From Trichoplax sp. H2 (taxonomy: Eukaryota), in contig NOWV01000249.1 in the NCBI GenBank assembly GCA_003344405.1, forward strand, positions 1 to 64,000: DNA of 64,000 nt, read 5' to 3'. This document shows positions 13,601 to 24,980 of the stretch, piece by piece. The translations under genes and the position numbers were made by a program. The notes under the pieces are model-generated. The model had not been told where the DNA came from. It saw nothing but the letters and a program-made list of their open reading frames with translations, and did not search any database. How positions within the stretch are numbered: position 1 is the first letter of the stretch; each line of letters begins with the position of its first letter.

Positions 13601-15984
13601 TAACGCCTTCAGCATGCATCGAATTCATGTTAGTGATGATATCGACGCAAGAGCAATTCGCTTTGTCGAAAGAAATCAACGCTACTTTGCCCTTTAGTAA
13701 ATTGGTTTCGCTATCATCGTATAAACACCCAAAATGACTCTTTTTACCAATGCCAACTAAGGAATGGAACGTCTATAAGAGGAAATATTAATTCATAGTC
13801 AATCATTTTTTTAATTCAATTGAGCTTTAGCACATGCTCCCACTAGGGCCATAATTTTCTATTATTTTTGCTTCAACAATACGTTTCCAACAGGTAAAGC
13901 TAATGCTACATACCATGGATTACTAAATTACAGTATCCAACAAATGCACCACCATCCACTGCAATGATAAATTTACACTGACTAGCACGTAGCAGTAGGT
14001 ACATTATATATATTTATAAACTGAGAAGTTAGGGTTAAAATTTAGACAAGTAGAAAGTGTGCTCGTATCCATGGCCCGGAATAATATCTGTAGACACGAC
14101 TAACATTATTGATCAAAGACACTAATTTAATTACCGCATTCTGGGAAGATTTAGGAAGTGACACGTAAGGCGAGCTATACATTTATAAACTGAGAAGTTA
14201 GGTTTAAAATTTATACAAGTAGAAAGTGCGCTCGAATCAGTGGCCTATAATATTATCTGTAGACGCGACTAACATTATTGATCAAAGACACTGATTTAAT
14301 TACCGCATTCTGGGAAGATTTAGGAAGTGACATGTAAGGCGAATTATACATTTGTAAACTGAAAAGTTAGGTTTAAAATTTATAGAAGTAGAAAATGTGC
14401 TTGTATCAGTGGCCCAGAATAATATCAGTAAACACGGCTAACATTATTGATCAAAGACACTGATAGAATTACCGCATTCTGGGAAGATTTGGGAAGTGAC
14501 ATGTAACGCGAATTATACAAGACACAGATGTCGGCCGTATGAGATGATGATATTGCTCGCATAACACCAGTATGGCCATAAGTTACCTAAAATATGAATA
14601 ACGAAAATTAATAGATCAGTTATGATTGAGAATAAAGACGAGTTTATTATATAAGACAATATACTATATTAGGTTTGCGGCCGTAGTATTGCAAGCATTA
14701 TAATTACATACTGTACTAGTAAGATTTTATCATACTTGTACAGTACATGAGTTGAGAGTCTTATTATATATACCTTATGTTCATGAAAATTATTTTCATA
14801 CAGTGCGTCTACACAGTAGTGGACGAGTAGAAAGCACATCTAACATCGCTAGCTAAGAGCGTAGAGCTAATATATTGTCGATTAGGTGAACCCTTAAGTT
14901 TGATTGCAACTTCGAATCACTTCTATACGAGTATCATTCTATAGTACATCATTGTTGATAATTGACATAGCCAGTGATTACTATTCAAGTGTATATGACA
15001 TATACAGGCAGGTAGCACTAAAAGCTACCAACCCACATTGTTTTCACAGCCACACTCGCAGTTTGAGTCAAGTCGCTACATTGTATCCCTGAAGATCTTG
15101 ATCATTTACAATAATTCATGTATGCAAATTACGGTATTACTACTATTTATTGCATTTGAATGAAAAAGATAGCCCATGTATGTATACACTGACAGTAGTA
15201 CAATAGCTTATAACAGCAACTATTTTGTAAAATTGATGAATTTTGGAAAGAATACAACAACTATGATTGACTACTGCTTCCACTTTTAATGCATCATTCT
15301 TTACTAGAAAGTTGGAATCAAGTCCATATTACTACCTTGCCATTCTCAATTTTATCTACACAGTAGTGAATGTACAACAAGATCAGACACGATAAGAACA
15401 AATCGGTTGCGTTCATTCATCTTCTATATTGATTAGCATGACGGCCAATATATGTAGCCATCGGTAGATTATAAGTATTTTTAAGTTCAAACGACTTGAT
15501 TTTATGCCGTTGTTGGTTCTACTGAAGTAGCGAATTCTGTTGTGGAGACGTCTGTGGACTGTCTCGAGTTGCAATTGTATTCTTTGCATTGTTTACGATC
15601 TACTCGTCAATAGAATTAGCATTGCTAATCATCATCGTAATCTTTCCTTCCAATTTTTTTTATGCTACCGTATAAAAATTGAATGCGACAATGATACCCT
15701 ACAAATTAGCCATTGATTATCATTCGATACAGGAGTGGAATTGCTTGTGAAAGTGTATCAAAAAGAATCGCAATAACGTTGTTGCTAGAAACTTGCAAAA
15801 TTTTTTACACTTTGTATCCAGAAGTTGATACTGGTGTGGCGGAAGTACAGGACTGCATAGTCAACATAGTCAACACGACGTCGGCTTTCGTACGGGTACA
15901 GTAATCACTACCAAATCGACCTACCTTGAACGATAAACACGTAACAACCAACAAAAACAGCATAGATGATTTATCGAGCGCCAT
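10641..15984 (-). CDS. SPPL2: Signal peptide peptidase-like 2 (GxGD intramembrane aspartyl protease), multi-exon
   Basis: Exon 15984-15925 is a signal peptide (MALDKSSMLFLLVVTCLSFK). Exon 14586-14473 carries ICVLYNSRYMSLP. Exon 13772-13578 is PA-domain-like. Catalytic motifs LYDIFFVFITP (~11760) and LLGFGDILVPG (~11340) and QPALLYIVP (~10965) are present. The acidic last exon ends TAG at 10643-10641. Confidence 0.93.
14012..14519. repeat. Tandem triplication, 3 x 169 bp, spanning the SPPL2 exon 2 3' end and splice donor
   Basis: Units start at 14012, 14181 and 14350, each containing ttaccgcattctgggaagattt. Confidence 0.93.
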
Positions 15985-16134
15985 TGCAATGTAGTCTCGT
16001 ATATACTATATTGCATCACTGTAAGCCCACTTTGATCGTTAAAATAAGGTAGGCGGCCAAAGAATAACTTCAATCCGGCAAGACAACGGACTATAGCTTC
16101 TCTTCTTGCTCTTGGGGTTCTCGATTTGGTCAAG

Positions 16135-17135
16135 TTTACTGTGACTGTTTACAGTACTGACGCTCTTTTTGTTCCTATACTGTACACTGTACACTGTACA
16201 GTACTGTCATCCAAAATGTCTCCAGTCGCAGGATGGTGCTGAGATGCGAGTCCCTGATACACAGTTTGACACTGACTTTTCCTACAGTACCGTCTCATCA
16301 TGATACTGTAAGGCTTTTTGCTTATGGCCTAATACAGACTACTACAGTACTGTACAGTGTACAGTACAGAAAAGTAAATCTAGATTTGGTGTACAGTACT
16401 GTACTGTACTGTAGACACTTCATTAGTGTACTGTACAGTATGCCTGATATCGCAATACAGAGATTTTTTATAATGTACAGTCTACAGTTGCTCAATTAAC
16501 CTCATTTTAATCAATTAAATTAGAAAGCCAAATTATTCAGCTTTATATTCGTATCATTTTTTTACATTTTGATTCACTCTCGTGATTTTGGGCCACCTTA
16601 AAGTACTCTAATTCGAACTGCTTCACACTCTGTTACAGTACTTTAAGAAAGCAACATCTATCCATACAAAACATGTCAAAAGACATAGAAATAGTTTCTA
16701 TACAGGACAGTACTTTTATATACTGTACAGTACTGCACTTTTAGCCATCCAAACATCTACAGTACAGTACTGTACTGTGGGTTAATGTACTGTACAGTGT
16801 ACACTGTACAGTATAATGTCGTCGACCAATGACATCCGTATTCTTCGATATGTTTGAATAGTTAAAAAACTACAAGTAAAACGCTTAAAAATGACCAATC
16901 GTTATGAACCTTCCTATACAGATAGGTCTCATGTTAAAGAAAGTGATCTACTAATTGATTCATCTTTATCCCGATGACAATTTAATATTAAAACCATACA
17001 TTGGCGATCAATTTTGTACAAATTGATTCAAAAATTGGAATATCCAATACCATACTGTACTGTACTGTACAGAGCTGTACAGTCTACAGTCTACAGTACA
17101 GTATACTTCGAGTACAGTACTGTACTGTACTGTCC
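16135..17135. repeat. TACTG/CAGTA self-complementary low-complexity arrays upstream of SPPL2
   Basis: Runs such as tactgtacactgtacactgtacagtactg at ~16180, 16345-16440, 16720-16810 and 17053-17133. Confidence 0.85.
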
Positions 17136-19939
17136 ATCGGATTATAGTGACATATATTTCGCGTATAATTCAATGCTTATACTTTCTACTTTGCATTATC
17201 ACTGCCACCTCGTACCACTCACTGGTCGAAACGTAGCACACAGTAGTAAATGGACACCAAGGCCACCCTTTTTTTTTCTAATGGCATTTTGCCAAAGTTG
17301 CTACCGCCATCAGTGCGATCAATTGGTGATTTCTGTCTTTGCCGACTCTGTAAGTAGCATTATTGAATATTGAACGGTGCTTATGGACGATTGTACGTAC
17401 AAATGTCCTTGAATATGAGTGCATACTCATTCAACAGTATTTGCCGTACATAAGGGCTTGTCAAACATGCACTTTTGTTTGGCAAATATCGCGCTGGAAA
17501 TGGTTCATGTGGTTCCTTACCACTTCATCTACCATTTCTATTTAAAAAAATTGGAATAAAAGGCCTTTCTTTCCCTGGCGCACCAAAAGCATTTGTTATG
17601 GCAAAGAATTCCTATTAATATTACAGTTCAGCTAGTGTAGTAACTTAGCCAACTGGATTAAGTAGATTAATTACATCATAGCCATTACTAGAGCAAGTAA
17701 TCCTTTTGATGCGGGTGCGCCTATTATGATTTTGATAGTTTCTATGGTCAGTTACGGTATTACCGCAACATGATAGTACTGTATAAATCATAGTCTGCAA
17801 TATGCTATGATCACATATACTGTGCTGTAGTGCATATTCGTGTAAAATGTTGATTAATCTGTGAGCGTAAATAATTGGGGAGTATCTTATAAACTCCGTT
17901 AGGTATATTAGGATCCCACTGAAAGTTATCAATAGACGTTTACAACAATAAATGCCGGATTGTCGGCTATGGCCAAGCTGGTTAGATGGAGTAGGGTACG
18001 ACTGTAGTTATAAAATATCAATTCTTCGTTGTTGCCAGAACTTTACAAGCAAAAGCTACTTGAAGTATAATTCTAATTACAATCAACCTTCCATAAATAA
18101 GAAACATTGATAATAATAATTAATTATAAATAATACTTTACTCTCTCACTGTACCATGAAATTTTAATTTCAATACTTAAAATTCGAATCAAACCAGTTC
18201 AAAAACAAATACAGAATGTTAATCCTATATAAACTTTTATATCCTTTGACAGTCCCAACGGTTGAGTAATAAATAATACTAACGTAATAGTTCTGTTTTG
18301 TATTGGAGAAAATTCATTTCATATCCTTATAAACTGCTGTTATCATCTTCCGTTCTGTCAAGAGTAAGTACTAAGAGATATATTGGCGATGTTTTGGCAT
18401 TTCAGCAGTACATGTTCTACATAACAAGGCCCCAAATCTTATTTCTACAGAATAACTTAAAAAGTCAATTCATTAAAATTTCATTAAGAAAGTTTGCGGA
18501 TTTCTTTATCGAGTAGGCAATAGGGCACTTTTCACCCTTTCTAAAAATAATACATGCGTACATATATGTATATATATGCATATATAAATGCATAAAATAT
18601 AAACTATCCAAATTATTTTCTAATCATTCATGCCAAATATATCATTTAATATTTAAATGTCGAGTCAATAGAAACTAAAATTCATCAATAAACTCATGTT
18701 TTGCACAATATCATATAAAAAATTGCAGACTAATAAATCCAGAATGATCTTAACTCTGGCCTAGTTTAATAATTCTGTCCATTAATAAATCTAGAATGAA
18801 CTTATAATGCTATAGAAATGAATCAGTTATACAAAATACGCTACGCGTATTGCTGTTAGAGATCATGGGCCTAATTAGAACTCTTTATCCTTACATAGTC
18901 TTATATTTATTAATGTAATATACTGTAATGTCATTCACAATAAAATCTTATCATGCTGTATAGTGATACTTACTGTAGTTGCCAATGGAATCATTTTACC
19001 CATTTTTGATACCGTATAATCTGTTTTTCAAAATCCTTTATGTTAGCAAACGAAATAAATTAATTTTAAATAAATTAAACATAGCTTACACAAAAATTTA
19101 TTTAATACTAATAATTTACAAATTATAGGAAGTGTAGAAATACCGTTAAACAATATCACATGTGTCATACAATGGCCTGATAGAGCCTACTAATTAGTTA
19201 ATTGTACTATAGCATTGAATAATTATATGCAATTCATGTTTACTTTTCCTAGCTATTTCAGTCTGTTGCAGCCATTTATATCCCTATAAAAATAATGTCT
19301 TACAGAATAATGTCTATCGTATCGTACACTAATCCAACTGTTACATAAATCAAATTACGTTACGGTAACTAATGATCGAATATGTAAAACGGTAAACAAT
19401 TTCTCGTCAAACAATTGCGTCTTCGCTCTGAAAGACTGTCATTTTCAATTGTAGAATATTGCAAATAAAAATTTAAAATACACAAATATCTTACCATAAA
19501 TTCTATTATCATAGATTAGGGTTCAATGATTTCTGTTCATAACTTGATTGTAATAATATATGCTTTATGAGAAATTAGCCGGTTATGATACAAAACATGC
19601 CTTAGGCAAAGTCCATCGTAACTTAATTATTAAAAGCAATCAAAAGGTCATTACAAAATTTAAAGGGAATGATATTTGCTGTTGAATTCAATATTACTAT
19701 CAAAGGCATGCCTTTATATCGCTTAGACTGTACGATAGGGCAATTCATTAATTGAAAGTATTTATTGTTTAAATCCGAAAATTCATTTTGATATTGATAG
19801 TATTCCTAAACTGACAATATTCATTACAATGCCTTAGCTGAATTTTCTTTAATTGTTTCTTTTCCGTAGGACGGTAATCAGTTTAATTCTAGCCTAATTT
19901 AATCACAATCAGGCCCGATATATCATCTTAGTACAAGTC

Positions 19940-22504
19940 CAGAATGATTAGACTATGTAATCTTTATGAGCGGTAGCAAAGGTTTTCTTCGTCAATTTAA
20001 ATATAAAGGCGCAATCAGAAGTACCATAACATTTTCAATTGTATGTTAATGAGCAATATATGCATAAAAAACTTTAGGAATAGATTTTCAATACCTAATA
20101 TAATATAAACCGGCAGGAGAAGAAAAGGCAATCATGGCATAGATTGCACCCCTCTATTTGATTATAAAATACAAAGTTTTATAGACTAAAAACAATTTTA
20201 TAATCGCTCTGACTTACCGCTCAATCTATTTCTATTTAAATGAATAAAACACAAAAAATTGACATTGGGTAAAAATATACTCCTTTTAGCTAATCAGTAA
20301 ACCTGAAATTTTACATTAAAAAGAACTTTTAATGATTCTGTTCCTTACAAACGGCATTACAGTAGGACCATCATAGACAAACAACCATAGGCTTTAAAAT
20401 CCAGTTTACATAGACATTTGTATATTTTACAATCTCCAATAACTTATTGTAGCTTTATAGACAGTATATGGATAATGAATTCGTTCATGAACTTTCCTGT
20501 AACCAGTATACCAACAATAAGAATAACATACACCTTAACAAACTTTACACCCTGCATAGAATTATCTTTTTTTAGTTAAACAATGTGACATATTCAAAAA
20601 ATTTTAATAAAAACAATTATGATTTACTAAATACAAATCCAGAACACCAATGAAAAGATATATGGTACCATGCTGTCTAAACAAGAAGTAAAAACGGCTG
20701 GATTACTTTAAATAGATTTTATAAACATTCTCAGTAGAACACTGTAAGGTAGTCCATTCATTGTAACCAAAGTTGAAGGTGGAGACAGCAAATTAAATAG
20801 AGTCAATCTCCTACCATTGGAAAATTGTAATATTCTCAATTAAAGAGGCTAGCATAAAGTAGCATATTGCAATAGTGCTAATGATTATCTTAGCCAGCAT
20901 TGTTAATATGGTCTGCTGCCATAGTAAATTTCCTTGCGAGCTTTTTTTACTAAACAATTATAAATTAAAAAATATGATACTACATTTTATTGTGTTATAA
21001 ATTATTAGCAAGAGTCTTGGAGCGAAAAAGTGGTTCCAAGATAAAAATCATCTGCAGTTTCTAACATTGATATTGAAGATAGGCATAGATGGTTTTAAAG
21101 TCAGTAGACGGTAAATATAGAGATAGGTATTTAACTTGAAATAAGGATCATGCAATCAATAGAAATAAAATGAGCTTTGTTTTTATTTCGTTGAATTTCA
21201 CCTCGCTAGTATTATAGCCAATGCCTAAGGTTAAGACAATAAAGGTCATTATTGCCATCAAAAATTAGTAACAAAATTTATAAGTTACGATGTTGTTTTA
21301 TATTGAAGCTATTCTCCTGTTTCACCGGATTACCCTAATTGTGTACTATTATCTATAATTAAAATTATATACCCGTAGATTGCAAAAGTAGTATGATAAG
21401 ACAAACTCCGTACTATTTTCTATGCTAAATGGAATAGAGTTATTACATCCATGTACGCTTATAACTTTACTAACACCTTTCTTGATCCTACAAAAACGGT
21501 TTGATTAATTCATAATCTATAAGTAAGCGAACTTGTTTGTATGAAATTATTATCCATAGAAGATAGATATCTTATATTGCACTGTCGTACTAAAAAGCAC
21601 CCAAATAGCATCGATTTTGGTAAATAAATATCCAAAAATGATTCTGCATGCATACAGCATTTCATTCAGAAATTTTATTTCTGTCAATGGAATATTAAAT
21701 CTACGGTATAAACCGTAACGAATATACTGTAGCAACCAAGATTGCGAACGAAGAAATATATAAACGCAAATGAACTACCCCCTGATTACCCGATAGCGAC
21801 TACATAGCGTTTTAAAGATAATATTTGTAGAATTTTATGCATGGTACTATCAATTATCGTTTATAATTCTGATCAAAACATGTACATTATGCTATAAATA
21901 GCTAAATAAAGTATTACGAAGATATTTAGAACACTTCTTCATAATACTGAGATCAGATTGTGCTAATTTGCAAAAAACATTTTTTCTTACTAAGATTCTA
22001 CTTTATAAGCAAAGTAATCGCGGTAACCAACGCTAACTAAAATATCGGCAGGCATAAAATTTTATATGCATTTAAAGGCGTTCATTTTATTTTTTTTCAT
22101 TAAGTCTGCCTAAAAGTGTTCCTAAATATTTACCTTACGGTTTAATATAATCTTTAAGTTAGCACATCTACAAGGTATGAACCGTATCTATAATCATTTG
22201 AAAAAATTGCGTCATTGATTTTGCTTGCTGCAGTAATTACAATACTGAAATAACTACCATATGGCAGTTGGCATACAAGGCAAGTGCATTATTAGAAAAT
22301 AAAATATAGGGGTTTAATCGTGAACGCGTTAACTGAATCAATAGTGTGTAAAGCCGACACTAACAAAATTGGTAAAATTTTACTGCAATTACTACGACAA
22401 GATATCGTCTGTATAATTATAAGAAGGGAAAAAAGTATTTTAAATACTAGAAGGCCAATTAGACCAATAAGAGCCATCCGTATGAATACAATAATATGTA
22501 TCAT
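19940..22504 (-). pseudogene. Probably decayed multi-exon membrane transporter (MFS-like)
   Basis: Series of hydrophobic exon-like pieces, several with splice-site-like flanks: CRIIFGYLFTKID (like the MFS GRxxFGxLxD motif), MAIMTFIVLTLGIGY, TILTMLAKIIISTIAICYFML, RGAIYAMIAFSSPAG. Several pieces contain in-frame stops. Confidence 0.35.
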
Positions 22505-24116
22505 AGCGCGACTTAAATTAAAACGACATAAAATAAAATTACATTAAAATGTAAACAGAAAGAAAAGCTAAATAGACCATGATTATTATTTATCACAAGT
22601 AATTGGCACAAGCACATATACTGTATATATTTGAATGCAAACATATATATATATAAAATGCGATATGAATCATCGTGATTATTACAAGTTTAGTAAATGT
22701 AAAAATGGAAATTAATAGATATATTAAAATTACCGCAGATTGATGCTTAGCTGTCTACATATGCCAGCCCTATAATGCTTTGGCGATCCCTATATGGACT
22801 CGCATCTTAATAGAAATGAACACTGAATTTAATCTTAGCCATATAAACTAAGATTTGACGCGATCCACAAGAACTATATTAAAATACTAATAATAATTAA
22901 TAAATAGCTTATTTTATTCAAGAAGAAGCTAGAAATACTAAATAAGATGTAAATAAAACGATTACTTAATTTACTCTACAATGTATAATCTTAATCATTA
23001 ATCGACTGAACAGCAATTTACTCCGATTGGAAATATAGTTAGTGTGAATTTTAAAAGTGCTAGATTGAATTTTCGTTACTGATTAATTATACGCCAAACG
23101 TATAAGAGTGGCATAAGCTGTCATAAAAATCAATCTACTGTATTCCGTTTTATATTCAAATATATTGAATGATATGACTCAGCGAAAGTAATTATGTTAT
23201 TTTGAATTTGAATATCTAATAAAATCAGTTAGAAAATTGATATTTTTTCTTCATGATGTAAAGAAATTGATTCCTAAAGCTATCAAATTCAAACAAAATT
23301 AATTTGTCGGGTTCATGTACCATCGTGACAGCCATAATTATAAAGCATGCCGATGCCAGTCGATGAAGTTTGTTAGTAATGCGTTGGTTCATAGTAGATT
23401 GCCAGAGGCAACAAACTTTCTTGCTTAGCAATAGCCGAGAAATTGTATATGCGTTTTCGAAATTTTAACTGTTGATAGTATAATTTATGATAGGTAGGCG
23501 AATAACCTGCTACGGATTGTCTAGAGGAATTTCAAATTTTTCATTTGCAAAGTGAGTATCTGGATCGGCGGTATATTTCTTATTGTACGATATGAACAAA
23601 TACTACGGTCAAAATGCGTCATACGCAAATAGCATAAGGATAGCTATTAATACTCTCAAATCTCCGTAAAATATTCGTTACAAAATGATTATTGCCAAAG
23701 GTGACAGAGATAGAGATATCCACCCTTTGACGATCGATATTAATTCATATTATGCAGCGGAAATCATTAATAAGGTATGATAGATTTCATTTTGCTCATT
23801 GTTAAACTACATCAGCAAAGGTGACATTTCTAATTTTTTCATTGAGAATCTCAACCCTCTCACTAAGGTTGACGGTGAGTAAGCTACATATCCAATGAAT
23901 AATAGCTGAAAAAAAAAACTCAATCAAATGGTGATGATTGCACCGCATTGGTAGGCGACGTCAACAAATTGTTACAGGACAGAAAAAAATTCTTCAATAT
24001 ACAAAGATACTACAATAAAATATTGCAGAGTTAACTTGAAGATCTTTCAATTGTGTTACGGGGTAATTAAAGTGCAAAAAGTTTCGGCTAGACTGTTACT
24101 AAAATGTCTTTAGGTG

Positions 24117-24707
24117 TTAAAATTGTCCAAATATGAATGGTTGTTGCTCAACTTGAAGATAAGTACCGATTGGAGCAGAATAACCTAAATCACCATATTG
24201 TTGCAAATTCATGATTTGCCCCCAAAATTCACCACTGTACTGATTCATTTGTTGATGAAAATAGTAAGGTTGCCGACGATTTTCACGATTGCCTAACTTA
24301 ATGTTATGCCGTTTTTTCCAACGATATAACCACATATTGGATGCTTTAAAATCCAAGAGACCAATAGTATGAGCAATTTCTAAGGCTTTATGCTGTAAAT
24401 CCTTATTCTTAACACTAACACCAAGGTTGATTTGTTCTTTCATATAATTGAGGACACCATCTTCAATTTCTTGCGATCTGACTTGTCGAACAAATTGAAC
24501 TTTTTTACGATCTTTCTTTTTTGCATCGACGATCAATCTTAATTTATCATAGGAATTATTCCATTCGCGAACACGTTTACGATCGACACCGAATCGTATT
24601 GCAATCTGCGAAATATTAGATCGAGGCGAAAGTCGCAATGCTTCAACAACTTGTAATTTAAACGCTACGCTGTAGGCTTTACGTTTTCGAGTTGAGATGA
24701 TATCCAT
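24117..24707 (-). CDS. Brinker-type DNA-binding domain + CENP-B/Tc5 HTH protein, no DDE domain, Gln-rich tail (~196 aa from ATG 24707)
   Basis: RKRKAYSVAFKLQVVE...IAIRFGVDRKRVREW is BrkDBD/psq-like. LQHKALEIA...FKASNMWLYRWKKRHNI is HTH_Tnp_Tc5/CENP-B. A polypyrimidine acceptor AG at 24741-24740 precedes the ATG. Confidence 0.85.
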   Translation of the reverse strand: MDIISTRKRKAYSVAFKLQVVEALRLSPRSNISQIAIRFGVDRKRVREWNNSYDKLRLIVDAKKKDRKKVQFVRQVRSQEIEDGVLNYMKEQINLGVSVKNKDLQHKALEIAHTIGLLDFKASNMWLYRWKKRHNIKLGNRENRRQPYYFHQQMNQYSGEFWGQIMNLQQYGDLGYSAPIGTYLQVEQQPFIFGQF

Positions 24708-24943
24708 TTCGAAATGATCTAATTTTACCGGTAAAATTGCTTTAAAATTAAGCAAGATAAGAAAAAAGAGGAAGAGAAAAAAAATGATGGCGTATAAATG
24801 GTTGAAAGTAGTAGATAAAATAATCCCCTTCCTTAAGAAAATCTGCACCAAGTGATAACCACTGACAAAAAGTCTAAATGAAGACTGTATAATACAATAA
24901 TAAATAATAATGATTACAGCCAACCCCAAACCAATTGCTTTAC

Positions 24944-24980
24944 CAAATGAACACTGACACTCTTGGACTATCTATATATA
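24944..24980 (-). promoter_or_regulatory. Candidate TATA box + Inr + short 5'UTR exon of the HTH gene
   Basis: Minus strand TATATATAG (24980-24972), then TCAGT (24957-24953), then a GTAAAG donor at 24943. Confidence 0.4.

Noticed and set aside
16233..17373. Y/C/T/V/L/S-rich ORFs here and at 49273-49524
   Set aside because: They are translations of the TACTG/CAGTA repeats.
24708..24929. Hydrophobic N-terminal extension of the 270-aa ORF
   Set aside because: It mostly translates an intron polypyrimidine tract from a non-ATG start.
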